From positions 38,812,001-38,876,000 of the forward strand of contig OZ024758.1 in the NCBI GenBank assembly GCA_964016885.1: a DNA stretch of 64,000 nt. The letters run 5' to 3'. A program made the position numbers and the translations under genes. Below the pieces are notes generated by a model that was given only the letters and a program-made list of their open reading frames with translations, was not told the origin of the DNA and ran no database searches. Of the stretch, positions 40,801 to 55,600 are shown piece after piece. How positions within the stretch are numbered: the first letter of the stretch is position 1; each line of letters begins with the position of its first letter. The stretch is from Eledone cirrhosa (lineage: Eukaryota).

Positions 40801-43800
40801 ATGGTATTAGCTGACAGAAGGAACGCCACTGTTGGTGAGAATTCATTTAAGTTCATGGTATTAGCTGTCAGAAGTAACTCCACTGTTGGTGAGAATTCAT
40901 TTAAGTTCATGGTACTAGCTGTCAGAAGTAACTCCAATGTTGGTGAGAATTCATTTAAGTTCATGGTATTAGCTGTCAGAAGGAACTCCACTGTTGCTGA
41001 GAATTCATTTACGTTCATGGTATTAGCTGTCAGAAGTAACTCCACTGTTGGTGAGAATTCATTTAAGTTCATGGTACTAGCTGTCAGAAGTAACTCCACT
41101 GTTGGTGAGAATTCATTTAAGTTCATGGTATTAGCTGTCAGAAGTCACTCCAATGTTGGTGAGAATTCATTTAAGTTCATGGTATTAGCTGTCAGAAGTC
41201 ACTCCACTGTTGGTGAGAATTCATTTAAGTTCATGGTACTAGCTGTCAGAAGTAACCCCAATGTTGGTGAGAATTCATTTAAGTTCATGGTATTAGCTGT
41301 CAGAAGTCACTCCAACGTTGGTGAGAATTCATTTAAGTTCATGGTATTAGCTGTCAGAAGTAACTCCACTGTTGGTGAGAATTCATTTAAGTTCATGGTA
41401 TTAGCTGTCAGAAGTAACTCCACTGTTGGTGAGAATTCATTTAAGTTCATGGTATTAGCTGTCAGAAGGAACTCCACTGTTGGTGAGAATTCATTTAAGT
41501 TCATGGTACTAGCTGTCAGAAGTAACTCCACTGTTGGTGAGAATTCATTTAAGTTCATGGTATTAGTTTGTCAGAAGTAACTCCACTGTTGGTGAGAATT
41601 CATTTAAGTCATGGTACTAGCTGTCAGAAGTAACTCCACTGTTGGTGAGAATTCATTTAAGTTCATGGTATTAGCTGTCAGAAGTAACTCCACTGTTGGT
41701 GAGAATTCATTTAAGTTCATGGTATTAGCTGTCAGAAGTAACTCCACTGTTGGTGAGAATTCATTTAAGTTCATGGTATTAGCTGTTAGATGGAACTCCA
41801 ATGTTGGTGAGAATTCATTTAAGTCATGGTACTAGCTGTCAGAAGTAACTCCACTGTTGGTGAGAATTCATTTAAGTTCATGGTATTAGCTGTCAGAAGG
41901 AACGCCACTGTTGGTGAGAATTCATTTAAGTTAATGGTATTAGCTGTCAGAAGTAACTCCACTGTTGGTGAGAATTCATTTAAGTTCATGGTACTAGGTG
42001 TCAGAAGTAACTCCAATGTTGGTGAGAATTCATTTAAGTTCATGGTATTAGCTGTCAGAAGGAACTCCACTGTTGCTGAGAATTCATTTAAGTTCATGGT
42101 ATTAGCTGTCAGAAGTAACTCCAATGTTGGTGAGAAAATTCATTTAAGTTCATGGTATTAGCTGTCAGAAGTAACTCCACTGTTGGTGAGAATTCATTTA
42201 AGTTCATGGTATTAGCTGTCAGAAGTAACTCCACTGTTGGTGAGAATTCATTTAAGTCATGGTATTAGCTGTCAGAAGTAACTCCAATGTTGGTGAGAAT
42301 TTATTTAAGTTCATGGTATTAGCTGTCAGAAGTCACTCCACTGTTGGTGAGAATTCATTTAAGTTCATGGTACTAGCTGTCAGAAGTAACCCCAATGTTG
42401 GTGAGAATTCATTTAAGTTCATGGTATTAGCTGTCAGAAGTCACTCCAATGTTGGTGAGAATTCATTTAAGTTCATGGTATTAGCTGTCAGAAGTAACTC
42501 CACTGTTGGTGAGAATTCATTTAAGTTCATGGTATTAGCTGTCAGAAGTAACTCCACTGTTGGTGAGAATTCATTTAAGTTCATGGTATTAGCTGTCAGA
42601 AGTAACTCCACTGTTGGTGAGAATTCATTTAAGTTCATGGTACTAGCTGTCAGAAGTAACTCCAATGTTGGTGAGAATTCATTTAAGTTCATGGTATTAG
42701 CTGTCAGAAGTAACTCCACTGTTGGTGAGAATTCATTTAAGTCATGGTATTTATTAGCTGTCAGAAGTAACACCAATGTTGGTGAGAATTCATTTAAGTT
42801 GATGGTATTAGCTGTCAGAAGTAACTCCACTGTTGGTGAGAATTCATTTAAGTTCATGGTATTAGCTGTCAGAAGTAACTCCACTGTTGGTGAGAATTCA
42901 TTTAAGTTCATGGTACTAGCTGTCAGAAGTAACTCCACTGTTGTTGAGAATTCATTTAAGTTCATGGTATTAGTTTGTCAGAAGTAACTCCACTGTTGGT
43001 GAGAATTCATTTAAGTCATGGTATTAGTTGTCAGAAGTAACTCCAATGTTGGTGAGAATTCATTTAAGTTCATGGTACTAGCTGTCAGAACTAACTCCAC
43101 TGTTGGTGAGAATTCATTTAAGTCATGGTATTAGCTGTCAGAAGTAACTCCAATGTTGGTGAGAATTCATTTAAGTTCATGGTATTAGCTGTCAGAAGTC
43201 ACTCCACTGTTGGTGAGAATTCATTTAAGTTCATGGTACTAGCTGTCAGAAGTAACGCAATGTTGGTGAGAATTCATTTAAGTTCATGGTATTAGCTGTC
43301 AGAAGTCACTCCAATGTTGGTGAGAATTCATTTAAGTTCATGGTACTAGCTGTCAGAAGTAACTCCAATGTTGGTGAGAATTCATTTAAGTTCATGGTAT
43401 TAGCTGTCAGAAGGAACTCCACTGTTGCTGAGAATTCATTTAAGTTCATGGTATTAGCTGTCAGAAGTAACTCCACTGTTGGTGAGAATTCATTTAAGTT
43501 CATGGTACTAGCTGTCAGAAGTAACTCCACTGTTGGTGAGAATTCATTTAAGTTCATGGTATTAGCTGTCAGAAGTCACTCCAATGTTGGTGAGAATTCA
43601 TTTAAGTTCATGGTATTAGCTGTCAGAAGTCACTCCACTGTTGGTGAGAATTCATTTAAGTTCATGGTATTAGCTGTCAGAAGTAACTCCACTGTTGGTG
43701 AGAATTCATTTAAGTTCATGGTATTAGCTGTCAGAAGAAACTCCACTGTTGGTGAGAATTCATTTAAGTTCATGGTATTAGCTGTTAGATGGAACTCCAA

Positions 43801-46600
43801 TGTTGGTGAGAATTCATTTAAGTCATGGTACTAGCTGTCAGAAGTAACTCCACTGTTGGTGAGAATTCATTTAAGTTCATGGTATTAGCTGTCAGAAGGA
43901 ACGCCACTGTTGGTGAGAATTCATTTAAGTTCATGGTATTAGCTGTCAGAAGTAACTCCACTGTTGGTGAGAATTCATTTAAGTTCATGGTACTAGCTGT
44001 CAGAAGTAACTCCAATGTTGGTGAGAATTCATTTAAGTTCATGGTATTAGGTGTCAGAAGGATCTCCACTGTTGGTGAGAATTCATTTAAGTTCATGGTA
44101 CTAGCTGTCAGAAGTAACTCCACTGTTGGTGAGAATTCATTTAAGTTCATGGTATTAGCTGTCAGAAGTAACTCCACTGTTGGTGAGAATTCATTTAAGT
44201 CATGGTATTAGCTGTCAGAAGTAACTCCAATGTTGGTGAGAATTCATTTAAGTCATGGTACTAGCTGTCAGAAGTAACTCCAATGTTGGTGAGAATTCAT
44301 TTAAGTTCATGGTATTAGCTGTCAGAAGTCACTCCAATGTTGGTGAGAATTCATTTAAGTTCATGGTATTAGCTGTCAGAAGTAACTCCACTGTTGGTGA
44401 GAATTCATTTAAGTTCATGGTATTAGCTGTCAGAAGTAACTCCACTGTTGGTGAGAATTCATTTAAGTTCATTGTATTAGCTGTCAGAAGAAACTCCACT
44501 GTTGGTGAGAATTCATTTAAGTTCATGGTATTAGCTGTTAGATGGAACTCCAATGTTGGTGAGAATTCATTTAAGTCATGGTACTAGCTGTCAGAAGTAA
44601 CTCCACTGTTGGTGAGAATTCATTTAAGTTCATGGTATTAGCTGACAGAAGGAACGCCACTGTTGGTGAGAATTCATTTAAGTTCATGGTATTAGCTGTC
44701 AGAAGTAACTCCACTGTTGGTGAGAATTCATTTAAGTTCATGGTACTAGCTGTCAGAAGTAACTCCAATGTTGGTGAGAATTCATTTAAGTTCATGGTAT
44801 TAGCTGTCAGAAGGAACTCCACTGTTGCTGAGAATGCATTTAAGTTCATGGTATTAGCTGTCAGAAGTAACTCCACTGTTGGTGAGAATTCATTTAAGTT
44901 CATGGTACTAGCTGTCAGAAGTAACTCCACTGTTGGTGAGAATTCATTTAAGTTCATGGTATTAGCTGTCAGAAGTCACTCCAATGTTGGTGAGAATTCA
45001 TTTAAGTTCATGGTATTAGCTGTCAGAAGTCACTCCACTGTTGGTGAGAATTCATTTAAGTTCATGGTACTAGCTGTCAGAAGTAACCCCAATGTTGGTG
45101 AGAATTCATTTAAGTTCATGGTATTAGCTGTCAGAAGTCACTCCAATGTTGGTGAGAATTCATTTAAGTTCATGGTATTAGCTGTCAGAAGTAACTCCAC
45201 TGTTGGTGAGAATTCATTTAAGTTCATGGTATTAGCTGTCAGAAGTAACTCCACTGTTGGTGAGAATTCATTTAAGTTCATGGTATTAGCTGTCAGAAGG
45301 AACTCCACTGTTGGTGAGAATTCATTTAAGTTCATGGTACTAGCTGTCAGAAGTAACTCCACTGTTGGTGAGAATTCATTTAAGTTCATGGTATTAGTTT
45401 GTCAGAAGTAACTCCACTGTTGGTGAGAATTCATTTAAGTCATGGTACTAGCTGTCAGAAGTAACTCCACTGTTGGTGAGAATTCATTTAAGTTCATGGT
45501 ATTAGCTGTCAGAAGTAACTCCACTGTTGGTGAGAATTCATTTAAGTTCATGGTATAAGCTGTCAGAAGTAACTCCACTGTTGGTGAGAATTCATTTAAG
45601 TTCATGGTATTAGCTGTTAGATGGAACTCCAATGTTGGTGAGAATTCATTTAAGTCATGGTACTAGCTGTCAGAAGTAACTCCACTGTTGGTGAGAATTC
45701 ATTTAAGTACATGGTATTAGCTGTCAGAAGGAACGCCACTGTTGGTGAGAATTCATTTAAGTTAATGGTATTAGCTGTCAGAAGTAACTCCACTGTTGGT
45801 GAGAATTCATTTAAGTTCATGGTACTAGGTGTCAGAAGTAACTCCAATGTTGGTGAGAATTCATTTAAGTTCATGGTATTAGCTGTCAGAAGGAACTCCA
45901 CTGTTGCTGAGAATTCATTTAAGTTCATGGTATTAGCTGTCAGAAGTAACTCCAATGTTGGTGAGAATTCATTTAAGTTCATGGTATTAGCTGTCAGAAG
46001 TAACTCCACTGTTGGTGAGAATTCATTTAAGTTCATGGTATTAGCTGTCAGAAGTAACTCCACTGTTGGTGAGAATTCATTTAAGTCATGGTATTAGCTG
46101 TCAGAAGTAACTCCAATGTTGGTGAGAATTTATTTAAGTTCATGGTATTAGCTGTCAGAAGTCACTCCACTGTTGGTGAGAATTCATTTAAGTTCATGGT
46201 ACTAGCTGTCAGAAGTAACCCCAATGTTGGTGAGAATTCATTTAAGTTCATGGTATTAGCTGTCAGAAGTCACTCCAATGTTGGTGAGAATTCATTTAAG
46301 TTCATGGTATTAGCTGTCAGAAGTAACTCCACTGTTGGTGAGAATTCATTTAAGTTCATGGTATTAGCTGTCAGAAGTAACTCCACTGTTGGTGAGAATT
46401 CATTTAAGTTCATGGTATTAGCTGTCAGAAGTAACTCCACTGTTGGTGAGAATTCATTTAAGTTCATGGTACTAGCTGTCAGAAGTAACTCCAATGTTGG
46501 TGAGAATTCATTTAAGTTCATGGTATTAGCTGTCAGAAGTAACTCCACTGTTGGTGAGAATTCATTTAAGTCATGGTATTTATTAGCTGTCAGAAGTAAC
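31480..46600 (+). repeat. Three-and-a-part copies of a ~4.3-5.0 kb higher-order unit (successive periods 4962, 4314-4316, ~3830 bp)
   Basis: ORF offsets are 32335/37297/41611, 34008/38970/43286 and 35300/40262/44578. Shared markers are GAGAATGCAT (~35553, 40514, 44830) and AACGCAAT (33976, 38938, 43254). Confidence 0.9.
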
Positions 46601-46601
46601 A

Positions 46602-49600
46602 CCAATGTTGGTGAGAATTCATTTAAGTTCATGGTATTAGCTGTCAGAAGTAACTCCACTGTTGGTGAGAATTCATTTAAGTTCATGGTATTAGCTGTCA
46701 GAAGAAACTCCACTGTTGGTGAGAATTCATTTAAGTTCATGGTATTAGCTGTTAGATGGAACTCCAATGTTGGTGAGAATTCATTTAAGTCATGGTACTA
46801 GCTGTCAGAAGTAACTCCACTGTTGGTGAGAATTCATTTAAGTTCATGGTATTAGCTGTCAGAAGGAACGCCACTGTTGGTGAGAATTCATTTAAGTTCA
46901 TGGTATTAGCTGTCAGAAGTAACTCCACTGTTGGTGAGAATTCATTTAAGTTCATGGTACTAGCTGTCAGAAGTAACTCCAATGTTGGTGAGAATTCATT
47001 TAAGTTCATGGTATTAGCTGTCAGAAGGATCTCCACTGTTGGTGAGAATTCATTTAAGTTCATGGTACTAGCTGTCAGAAGTAACTCTACTGTTGGTGAG
47101 AATTCATTTAAGTTCATGGTATTAGTTTGTCAGAAGTAACTCCACTGTTGGTGAGAATTCATTTAAGTCATGGTATTAGTTGTCAGAAGTAACTCCAATG
47201 TTGGTGAGAATTCATTTAAGTTCATGGTACTAGCTGTCAGAAGTAACTCCACTGTTGGTGAGAATTCATTTAAGTTCATGGTATTAGCTGTCAGAAGTAA
47301 CTCCACTGTTGGTGAGAATTCATTTAAGTCATGGTGTTAGCTGTCAGAAGTAACTCCAATGTTGGTGAGAATTCATTTAAGTCATGGTACTAGCTGTCAG
47401 AAGTAACTCCAATGTTGGTGAGAATTCATTTAAGTTCATGGTATTAGCTGTCAGAAGTCACTCCAATGTTGGTGAGAATTCATTTAAGTTCATGGTATTA
47501 GCTGTCAGAAGTAACTCCACTGTTGGTGAGAATTCATTTAAGTTCATGGTATTAGCTGTCAGAAGTAACTCCACTGTTGGTGAGAATTCATTTAAGTTCA
47601 TTGTATTAGCTGTCAGAAGAAACTCCACTGTTGGTGAGAATTCATTTAAGTTCATGGTATTAGCTGTTAGATGGAACTCCAATGTTGGTGAGAATTCATT
47701 TAAGTCATGGTACTAGCTGTCAGAAGTAACTCCACTGTTGGTGAGAATTCATTTAAGTTCATGGTATTAGCTGACAGAAGGAACGCCACTGTTGGTGAGA
47801 ATTCATTTAAGTTCATGGTATTAGCTGTCAGAAGTAACTCCACTGTTGGTGAGAATTCATTTAAGTTCATGGTACTAGCTGTCAGAAGTAACTCCAATGT
47901 TGGTGAGAATTCATTTAAGTTCATGGTATTAGCTGTCAGAAGGAACTCCACTGTTGGTGAGAATTCATTTAAGTTCATGGTACTAGCTGTCAGAAGTAAC
48001 CCCAATGTTGGTGAGAATTCATTTAAGTTCATGGTATTAGCTGTCAGAAGTCACTCCAATGTTGGTGAGAATTCATTTAAGTTCATGGTATTAGCTGTCA
48101 GAAGTAACTCCACTGTTGGTGAGAATTCATTTAAGTTCATGGTATTAGCTGTCAGAAGTAACTCCACTGTTGGTGAGAATTCATTTAAGTTCATGGTATT
48201 AGCTGTCAGAAGTAACTCCACTGTTGGTGAGAATTCATTTAAGTTCATGGTATTAGCTGTTAGATGGAACTCCAATGTTGGTGAGAATTCATTTAAGTCA
48301 TGGTACTAGCTGTCAGAAGTAACTCCACTGTTGGTGAGAATTCATTTAAGTTCATGGTATTAGCTGTCAGAAGGAACGCCACTGTTGGTGAGAATTCATC
48401 TAAGTTAATGGTATTAGCTGTCAGAAGTAACTCCACTGTTGGTGAGAATTCATTTAAGTTCATGGTACTAGGTGTCAGAAGTAACTCCAATGTTGGTGAG
48501 AATTCATTTAAGTTCATGGTATTAGCTGTCAGAAGGAACTCCACTGTTGCTGAGAATTCATTTAAGTTCATGGTATTAGCTGTCAGAAGTCACTCCAATG
48601 TTGGTGAGAATTCATTTAAGTTCATGGTATTAGCTGTCAGAAGTAACTCCACTGTTGGTGAGAATTCATTTAAGTTCATGGTATTAGCTGTCAGAAGTAA
48701 CTCCACTGTTGGTGAGAATTCATTTAAGTTCATGGTATTAGCTGTCAGAAGTAACTCCACTGTTGGTGAGAATTCATTTAAGTTCATGGTACTAGCTGTC
48801 AGAAGTAACTCCAATGTTGGTGAGAATTCATTTAAGTTCATGGTATTAGCTGTCAGAAGTAACTCCACTGTTGGTGAGAATTCATTTAAGTCATGGTATT
48901 TATTAGCTGTCAGAAGTAACACCAATGTTGGTGAGAATTCATTTAAGTTCATGGTATTAGCTGTCAGAAGTAACTCCACTGTTGGTGAGAATTCATTTAA
49001 GTTCATGGTATCAGCTGTCAGAAGTAACTCCACTGTTGGTGAGAATTCATTTAAGTTCATGGTACTAGCTGTCAGAAGTAACTCCACTGTTGTTGAGAAT
49101 TCATTTAAGTTCATGGTATTAGTTTGTCAGAAGTAACTCCACTGTTGGTGAGAATTCATTTAAGTCATGGTATTAGTTGTCAGAAGTAACTCCAATGTTG
49201 GTGAGAATTCATTTAAGTTCATGGTACTAGCTGTCAGAAGTAATTCCACTGTTGGTGAGAATTCATTTAAGTCATGGTATTAGCTGTCAGAAGTAACTCC
49301 AATGTTGGTGAGAATTCATTTAAGTTCATGGTATTAGCTGTCAGAAGTCACTCCACTGTTGGTGAGAATTCATTTAAGTTCATGGTACTAGCTGTCAGAA
49401 GTAACGCAATGTTGGTGAGAATTCATTTAAGTTCATGGTATTAGCTGTCAGAAGGAACTCCACTGTTGCTGAGAATTCATTTAAGTTCATGGTATTAGCT
49501 GTCAGAAGTAACTCCACTGTTGGTGAGAATTCATTTAAGTTCATGGTACTAGCTGTCAGAAGTAACTCCACTGTTGGTGAGAATTCATTTAAGTTCATGG

Positions 49601-52600
49601 TATTAGCTGTCAGAAGGAACTCCACTGTTGGTGAGAATTCATTTAAGTTCATGGTACTAGCTGTCAGAAGTAACTCCACTGTTGGTGAGAATTCATTTAA
49701 GTTCATGGTATTAGTTTGTCAGAATTAACTCCACTGTTGGTGAGAATTCATTTAAGTCATGGTACTAGCTGTCAGAAGTAACTCCACTGTTGGTGAGAAT
49801 TCATTTAAGTTCATGGTATTAGCTGTCAGAAGTAACTCCACTGTTGGTGAGAATTCATTTAAGTTCATGGTATTAGCTGTCAGAAGTAACTCCACTGTTG
49901 GCGAGAATTCATTTAAGTTCATGGTATTAGCTGTTAGATGGAACTCCAATGTTGGTGAGAATTCATTTAAGTCATGGTACTAGCTGTCAGAAGTAACTCC
50001 ACTGTTGGTGAGAATTCATTTAAGTTCATGGTATTAGCTGTCAGAAGGAACGCCACTGTTGGTGAGAATTCATTTAAGTTAATGGTATTAGCTGTCAGAA
50101 GTAACTCCACTGTTGGTGAGAATTCATTTAAGTTCATGGTACTAGGTGTCAGAAGTAACTCCAATGTTGGTGAGAATTCATTTAAGTTCATGGTATTAGC
50201 TGTCAGAAGGAACTCCACTGTTGCTGAGAATTCATTTAAGTTCATGGTATTAGCTGTCAGAAGTAACTCCAATGTTGGTGAGAATTCATTTAAGTTCATG
50301 GTATTAGCTGTCAGAAGTAACTCCACTGTTGGTGAGAATTCATTTAAGTTCATGGTATTAGCTGTCAGAAGTAACTCCACTGTTGGTGAGAATTCATATA
50401 AGTCATCGTATTAGCTGTCAGAAGTAACTCCAATGTTGGTGAGAATTTATTTAAGTTCATGGTATTAGCTGTCAGAAGTCACTCCACTGTTGGTGAGAAT
50501 TCATTTAAGTTCATGGTACTAGCTGGCAGAAGTAACCCCAATGTTGGTGAGAATTCATTTAAGTTCATGGTATTAGCTGTCAGAAGTCACTCCAATGTTG
50601 GTGAGAATTCATTTAAGTTCATGGTATTAGCTGTCAGAAGTAACTCCACTGTTGGTGAGAATTCATTTAAGTTCATGGTATTAGCTGTCAGAAGTAACTC
50701 CACTGTTGGTGAGAATTCATTTAAGTTCATGGTATTAGCTGTCAGAAGTAACTCCACTGTTGGTGAGAATTCATTTAAGTTCATGGTATTAGCTGTTAGA
50801 TGGAACTCCAATGTTGGTGAGAATTCATTTAAGTCATGGTACTAGCTGTCAGAAGTAACTCCACTGTTGGTGAGAATTCATTTAAGTTCATGGTATTAGC
50901 TGTCAGAAGGAACGCCACTGTTGGTGAGAATTCATTTAAGTTCATGGTATTAGCTGTCAGAAGTAACTCCACTGTTGGTGAGAATTCATTTAAGTTCATG
51001 GTACTAGCTGTCAGAAGTAACTCCAATGTTGGTGAGAATTCATTTAAGTTCATGGTATTAGCTGTCAGAAGGAACTCCACTGTTGCTGAGAATTCATTTA
51101 AGTTCATGGTATTAGCTGTCAGAAGTAACTCCACTGTTGGTGAGAATTCATTTAAGTTCATGGTATTAGCTGTCAGAAGTAACTCCACTGTTGGTGAGAA
51201 TTCATTTAAGTCATGGTATTAGCTGTCAGAAGTAACTCCATTGTTGGTGAGAATTCATTTAAGTCATGGTACTAGCTGTCAGAAGTAACTCCACTGTTGG
51301 TGAGAATTCATTTAAGTCATGGTATTTATTAGCTGTCAGAAGTAACACCAATGTTGGTGAGAATTCATTTAAGTTCATGGTATTAGCTGTCAGAAGGAAC
51401 GCCACTGTTGGTGAGAATTCATTTAAGTTAATGGTATTAGCTGTCAGAAGTCACTCCAATGTTGGTGAGAATTCATATAAGTCATGGTATTAGCTGTCAG
51501 AAGTAACTCCAATGTTGGTGAGAATTTATTTAAGTTCATGGTATTAGCTGTCAGAAGTCACTCCACTGTTGGTGAGAATTCATTTAAGTTCATGGTACTA
51601 GCTGTCAGAAGTAACCCTAATGTTGGTGAGAATTCATTTAAGTTCATGGTATTAGCTGTCAGAAGTCACTCCAATGTTGGTGAGAATTCATTTAAGTTCA
51701 TGGTATTAGCTGTCAGAAGTAACTCCACTGTTGGTGAGAATTCATTTAAGTTCATGGTATTAGCTGTCAGAAGTAACTCTACTGTTGGTGAGAATTCATT
51801 TAAGTTCATGGTATTAGCTGTCAGAAGTAACTCCACTGTTGGTGAGAATTCATTTAAGTTCATGGTATTAGCTGTTAGATGGAACTCCAATGTTGGTGAG
51901 AATTCATTTAAGTCATGGTACTAGCTGTCAGAAGTAACTCCACTGTTGGTGAGAATTCATTTAAGTTCATGGTATTAGCTGTCAGAAGGAACGCCACTGT
52001 TGGTGAGAATTCATTTAAGTTCATGGTATTAGCTGTCAGAAGTAACTCCACTGTTGGTGAGAATTCATTTAAGTTCATGGTACTAGCTGTCAGAAGTAAC
52101 TCCAATGTTGGTGAGAATTCATTTAAGTTCATGGTATTAGCTGTCAGAAGGAACTCCACTGTTGCTGAGAATTCATTTAAGTTCATGGTATTAGCTGTCA
52201 GAAGTAACTCCACTGTTGGTGAGAATTCATTTAAGTTCATGGTATTAGCTGTCAGAAGTAACTCCACTGTTGGTGAGAATTCATTTAAGTCATGGTATTA
52301 GCTGTCAGAAGTAACTCCATTGTTGGTGAGAATTCATTTAAGTCATGGTACTAGCTGTCAGAAGTAACTCCACTGTTGGTGAGAATTCATTTAAGTCATG
52401 GTATTTATTAGCTGTCAGAAGTAACACCAATGTTGGTGAGAATTCATTTAAGTTCATGGTATTAGCTGTCAGAAGTAACTCCACTGTTGGTGAGAATTCA
52501 TTTAAGTTCATGGTACTAGCTGTCAGAAGTAACTCCACTGTTGTTGAGAATTCATTTAAGTTCATGGTATTAGTTTGTCAGAAGTAACTCCACTGTTGGT

Positions 52601-55600
52601 GAGAATTCATTTAAGTCATGGTATTAGTTGTCAGAAGTAACTCCAATGTTGGTGAGAATTCATTTAAGTTCATGGTACTAGCTGTCAGAAGTAACTCCAC
52701 TGTTGGTGAGAATTCATTTAAGTCATGGTATTAGCTGTCAGAAGTAACTCCAATGTTGGTGAGAATTCATTTAAGTTCATGGTATTAGCTGTCAGAAGTA
52801 ACTCCACTGTTGGTGAGAATTCATTTAAGTTCATGGTATTAGCTGTCAGAAGTAACTCCACTGTTGGTGAGAATTCATTTAAGTCATGGTATTTATTAGC
52901 TGTCAGAAGTAACACCAATGTTGGTGAGAATTCATTTAAGTTCATGGTATTAGCTGTCAGAAGTAACTCCACTGTTGGTGAGAATTCATTTAAGTTCATG
53001 GTATTAGCTGTCAGAAGTAACTCCACTGTTGGTGAGAATTCATTTAAGTTCATGGTACTAGCTGTCAGAAGTAACTCCACTGTTGTTGAGAATTCATTTA
53101 AGTTCATGGTATTAGTTTGTCAGAAGTAACTCCACTGTTGGTGAGAATTCATTTAAGTCATGGTATTAGTTGTCAGAAGTAACTCCACTGTTGGTGAGAA
53201 TTCATTTAAGTTCATGGTATTAGCTGTTAGATGGAACTCCAATGTTGGTGAGAATTCATTTAAGTTAATGGTATTAGCTGCCAGAAGTAACTCCACTGTT
53301 GGTGAGAATTCATTTAAGTTCATGGTATTAGCTGTCAGAAGTAACTCCACTGTTGGTGAGAATTCATTTAAGTTCATGGTATTAGCTGTCAGAAGTAACT
53401 CCACTGTTGGTGAGAATTCATTTAAGTTCATGGTATTAGCTGTTAGATGGAACTCCAATGTTGGTGAGAATTCATTTAAGTCATGGTACTAGCTGTCAGA
53501 AGTAACTCCACTGTTGGTGAGAATTCATTTAAGTTCATGGTATTAGCTGTCAGAAGGAACGCCACTGTTGGTGAGAATTCATTTAAGTTAATGGTATTAG
53601 CTGTCAGAAGTAACTCCACTGTTGGTGAGAATTCATTTAAGTTCATGGTACTAGGTGTCAGAAGTAACTCCAATGTTGGTGAGAATTCATTTAAGTTCAT
53701 GGTATTAGCTGTCAGAAGGAACTCCACTGTTGCTGAGAATTCATTTAAGTTCATGGTATTAGCTGTCAGAAGTAACTCCAATGTTGGTGAGAATTCATTT
53801 AAGTTCATGGTATTAGCTGTCAGAAGTAACTCCACTGTTGGTGAGAATTCATTTAAGTTCATGGTATTAGCTGTCAGAAGTAACTCCACTGTTGGTGAGA
53901 ATTCATATAAGTCATGGTATTAGCTGTCAGAAGTAACTCCAATGTTGGTGAGAATTTATTTAAGTTCATGGTATTAGCTGTCAGAAGTAACTCCACTGTT
54001 GGTGAGAATTCATTTAAGTTCATGGTATTAGCTGTCAGAAGTAACTCCACTGTTGGTGAGAATTCATTTAAGTTCATGGTACTAGCTGTCAGAAGTAACT
54101 CCAATGTTGGTGAGAATTCATTTAAGTTCATGGTATTAGCTGTCAGAAGTAACTCCACTGTTGGTGAGAATTCATTTAAGTCATGGTATTTATTAGCTGT
54201 CAGAAGTAACACCAATGTTGGTGAGAATTCATTTAAGTTCATGGTATTAGCTGTCAGAAGTAACTCCACTGTTGGTGAGAATTCATTTAAGTTCATGGTA
54301 TTAGCTGTCAGAAGTAACTCCACTGTTGGTGAGAATTCATTTAAGTTCATGGTATTAGCTGTCAGAAGTAACTCCACTGTTGGTGAGAATTCATTTAAGT
54401 CATGGTATTAGCTGTCAGAAGTAACTCCAATGTTGGTGAGAATTTATTTAAGATCATGGTATTAGCTGTCAGAAGTCACTCCACTGTTGGTGAGAATTCA
54501 TTTAAGTTCATGGTACTAGCTGTCAGAAGTAACCCCAATGTTGGTGAGAATTCATTTAAGTTCATGGTATTAGCTGTCAGAAGTCACTCCAATGTTGGTG
54601 AGAATTCATTTAAGTTCATGGTATTAGCTGTCAGAAGTAACTCCACTGTTGGTGAGAATTCATTTAAGTTCATGGTATTAGCTGTCAGAAGAAACTCCAC
54701 TGTTGGTGAGAATTCATTTAAGTTCATGGTATTAGCTGTTAGATGGAACTCCAATGTTGGTGAGAATTCATTTAAGTCATGGTACTAGCTGTCAGAAGTA
54801 ACTCCACTGTTGGTGAGAATTCATTTAAGTTCATGGTATTAGCTGTCAGAAGGAACGCCACTGTTGGTGAGAATTCATTTAAGTTCATGGTATTAGCTGT
54901 CAGAAGTAACTCCACTGTTGGTGAGAATTCATTTAAGTTCATGGTACTAGCTGTCAGAAGTAACTCCAATGTTGGTGAGAATTCATTTAAGTTCATGGTA
55001 TTAGCTGTCAGAAGGATCTCCACTGTTGGTGAGAATTCATTTAAGTTCATGGTACTAGCTGTCAGAAGTAACTCTACTGTTGGTGAGAATTCATTTAAGT
55101 TCATGGTATTAGTTTGTCAGAAGTAACTCCACTGTTGGTGAGAATTCATTTAAGTCATGGTATTAGTTGTCAGAAGTAACTCCAATGTTGGTGAGAATTC
55201 ATTTAAGTTCATGGTACTAGCTGTCAGAAGTAACTCCACTGTTGGTGAGAATTCATTTAAGTTCATGGTATTAGCTGTCAGAAGTAACTCCACTGTTGGT
55301 GAGAATTCATTTAAGTCATGGTGTTAGCTGTCAGAAGTAACTCCAATGTTGGTGAGAATTCATTTAAGTCATGGTACTAGCTGTCAGAAGTAACTCCAAT
55401 GTTGGTGAGAATTCATTTAAGTTCATGGTATTAGCTGTCAGAAGTCACTCCAATGTTGGTGAGAATTCATTTAAGTTCATGGTATTAGCTGTCAGAAGTA
55501 ACTCCACTGTTGGTGAGAATTCATTTAAGTTCATGGTATTAGCTGTCAGAAGTAACTCCACTGTTGGTGAGAATTCATTTAAGTTCATTGTATTAGCTGT

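Noticed and set aside
13480-42140. Singleton indels (TAGCGTC ~13484, AAGTTTCAT ~15681, TTTACATCAT ~28876, GAGAAAATT ~42132) as insertion footprints or special sites
   Set aside because: Each occurs once and is absent from sister block copies where those exist, and two are homopolymer extensions. They are compatible with consensus errors or private mutations, with no target-site duplication or foreign sequence.
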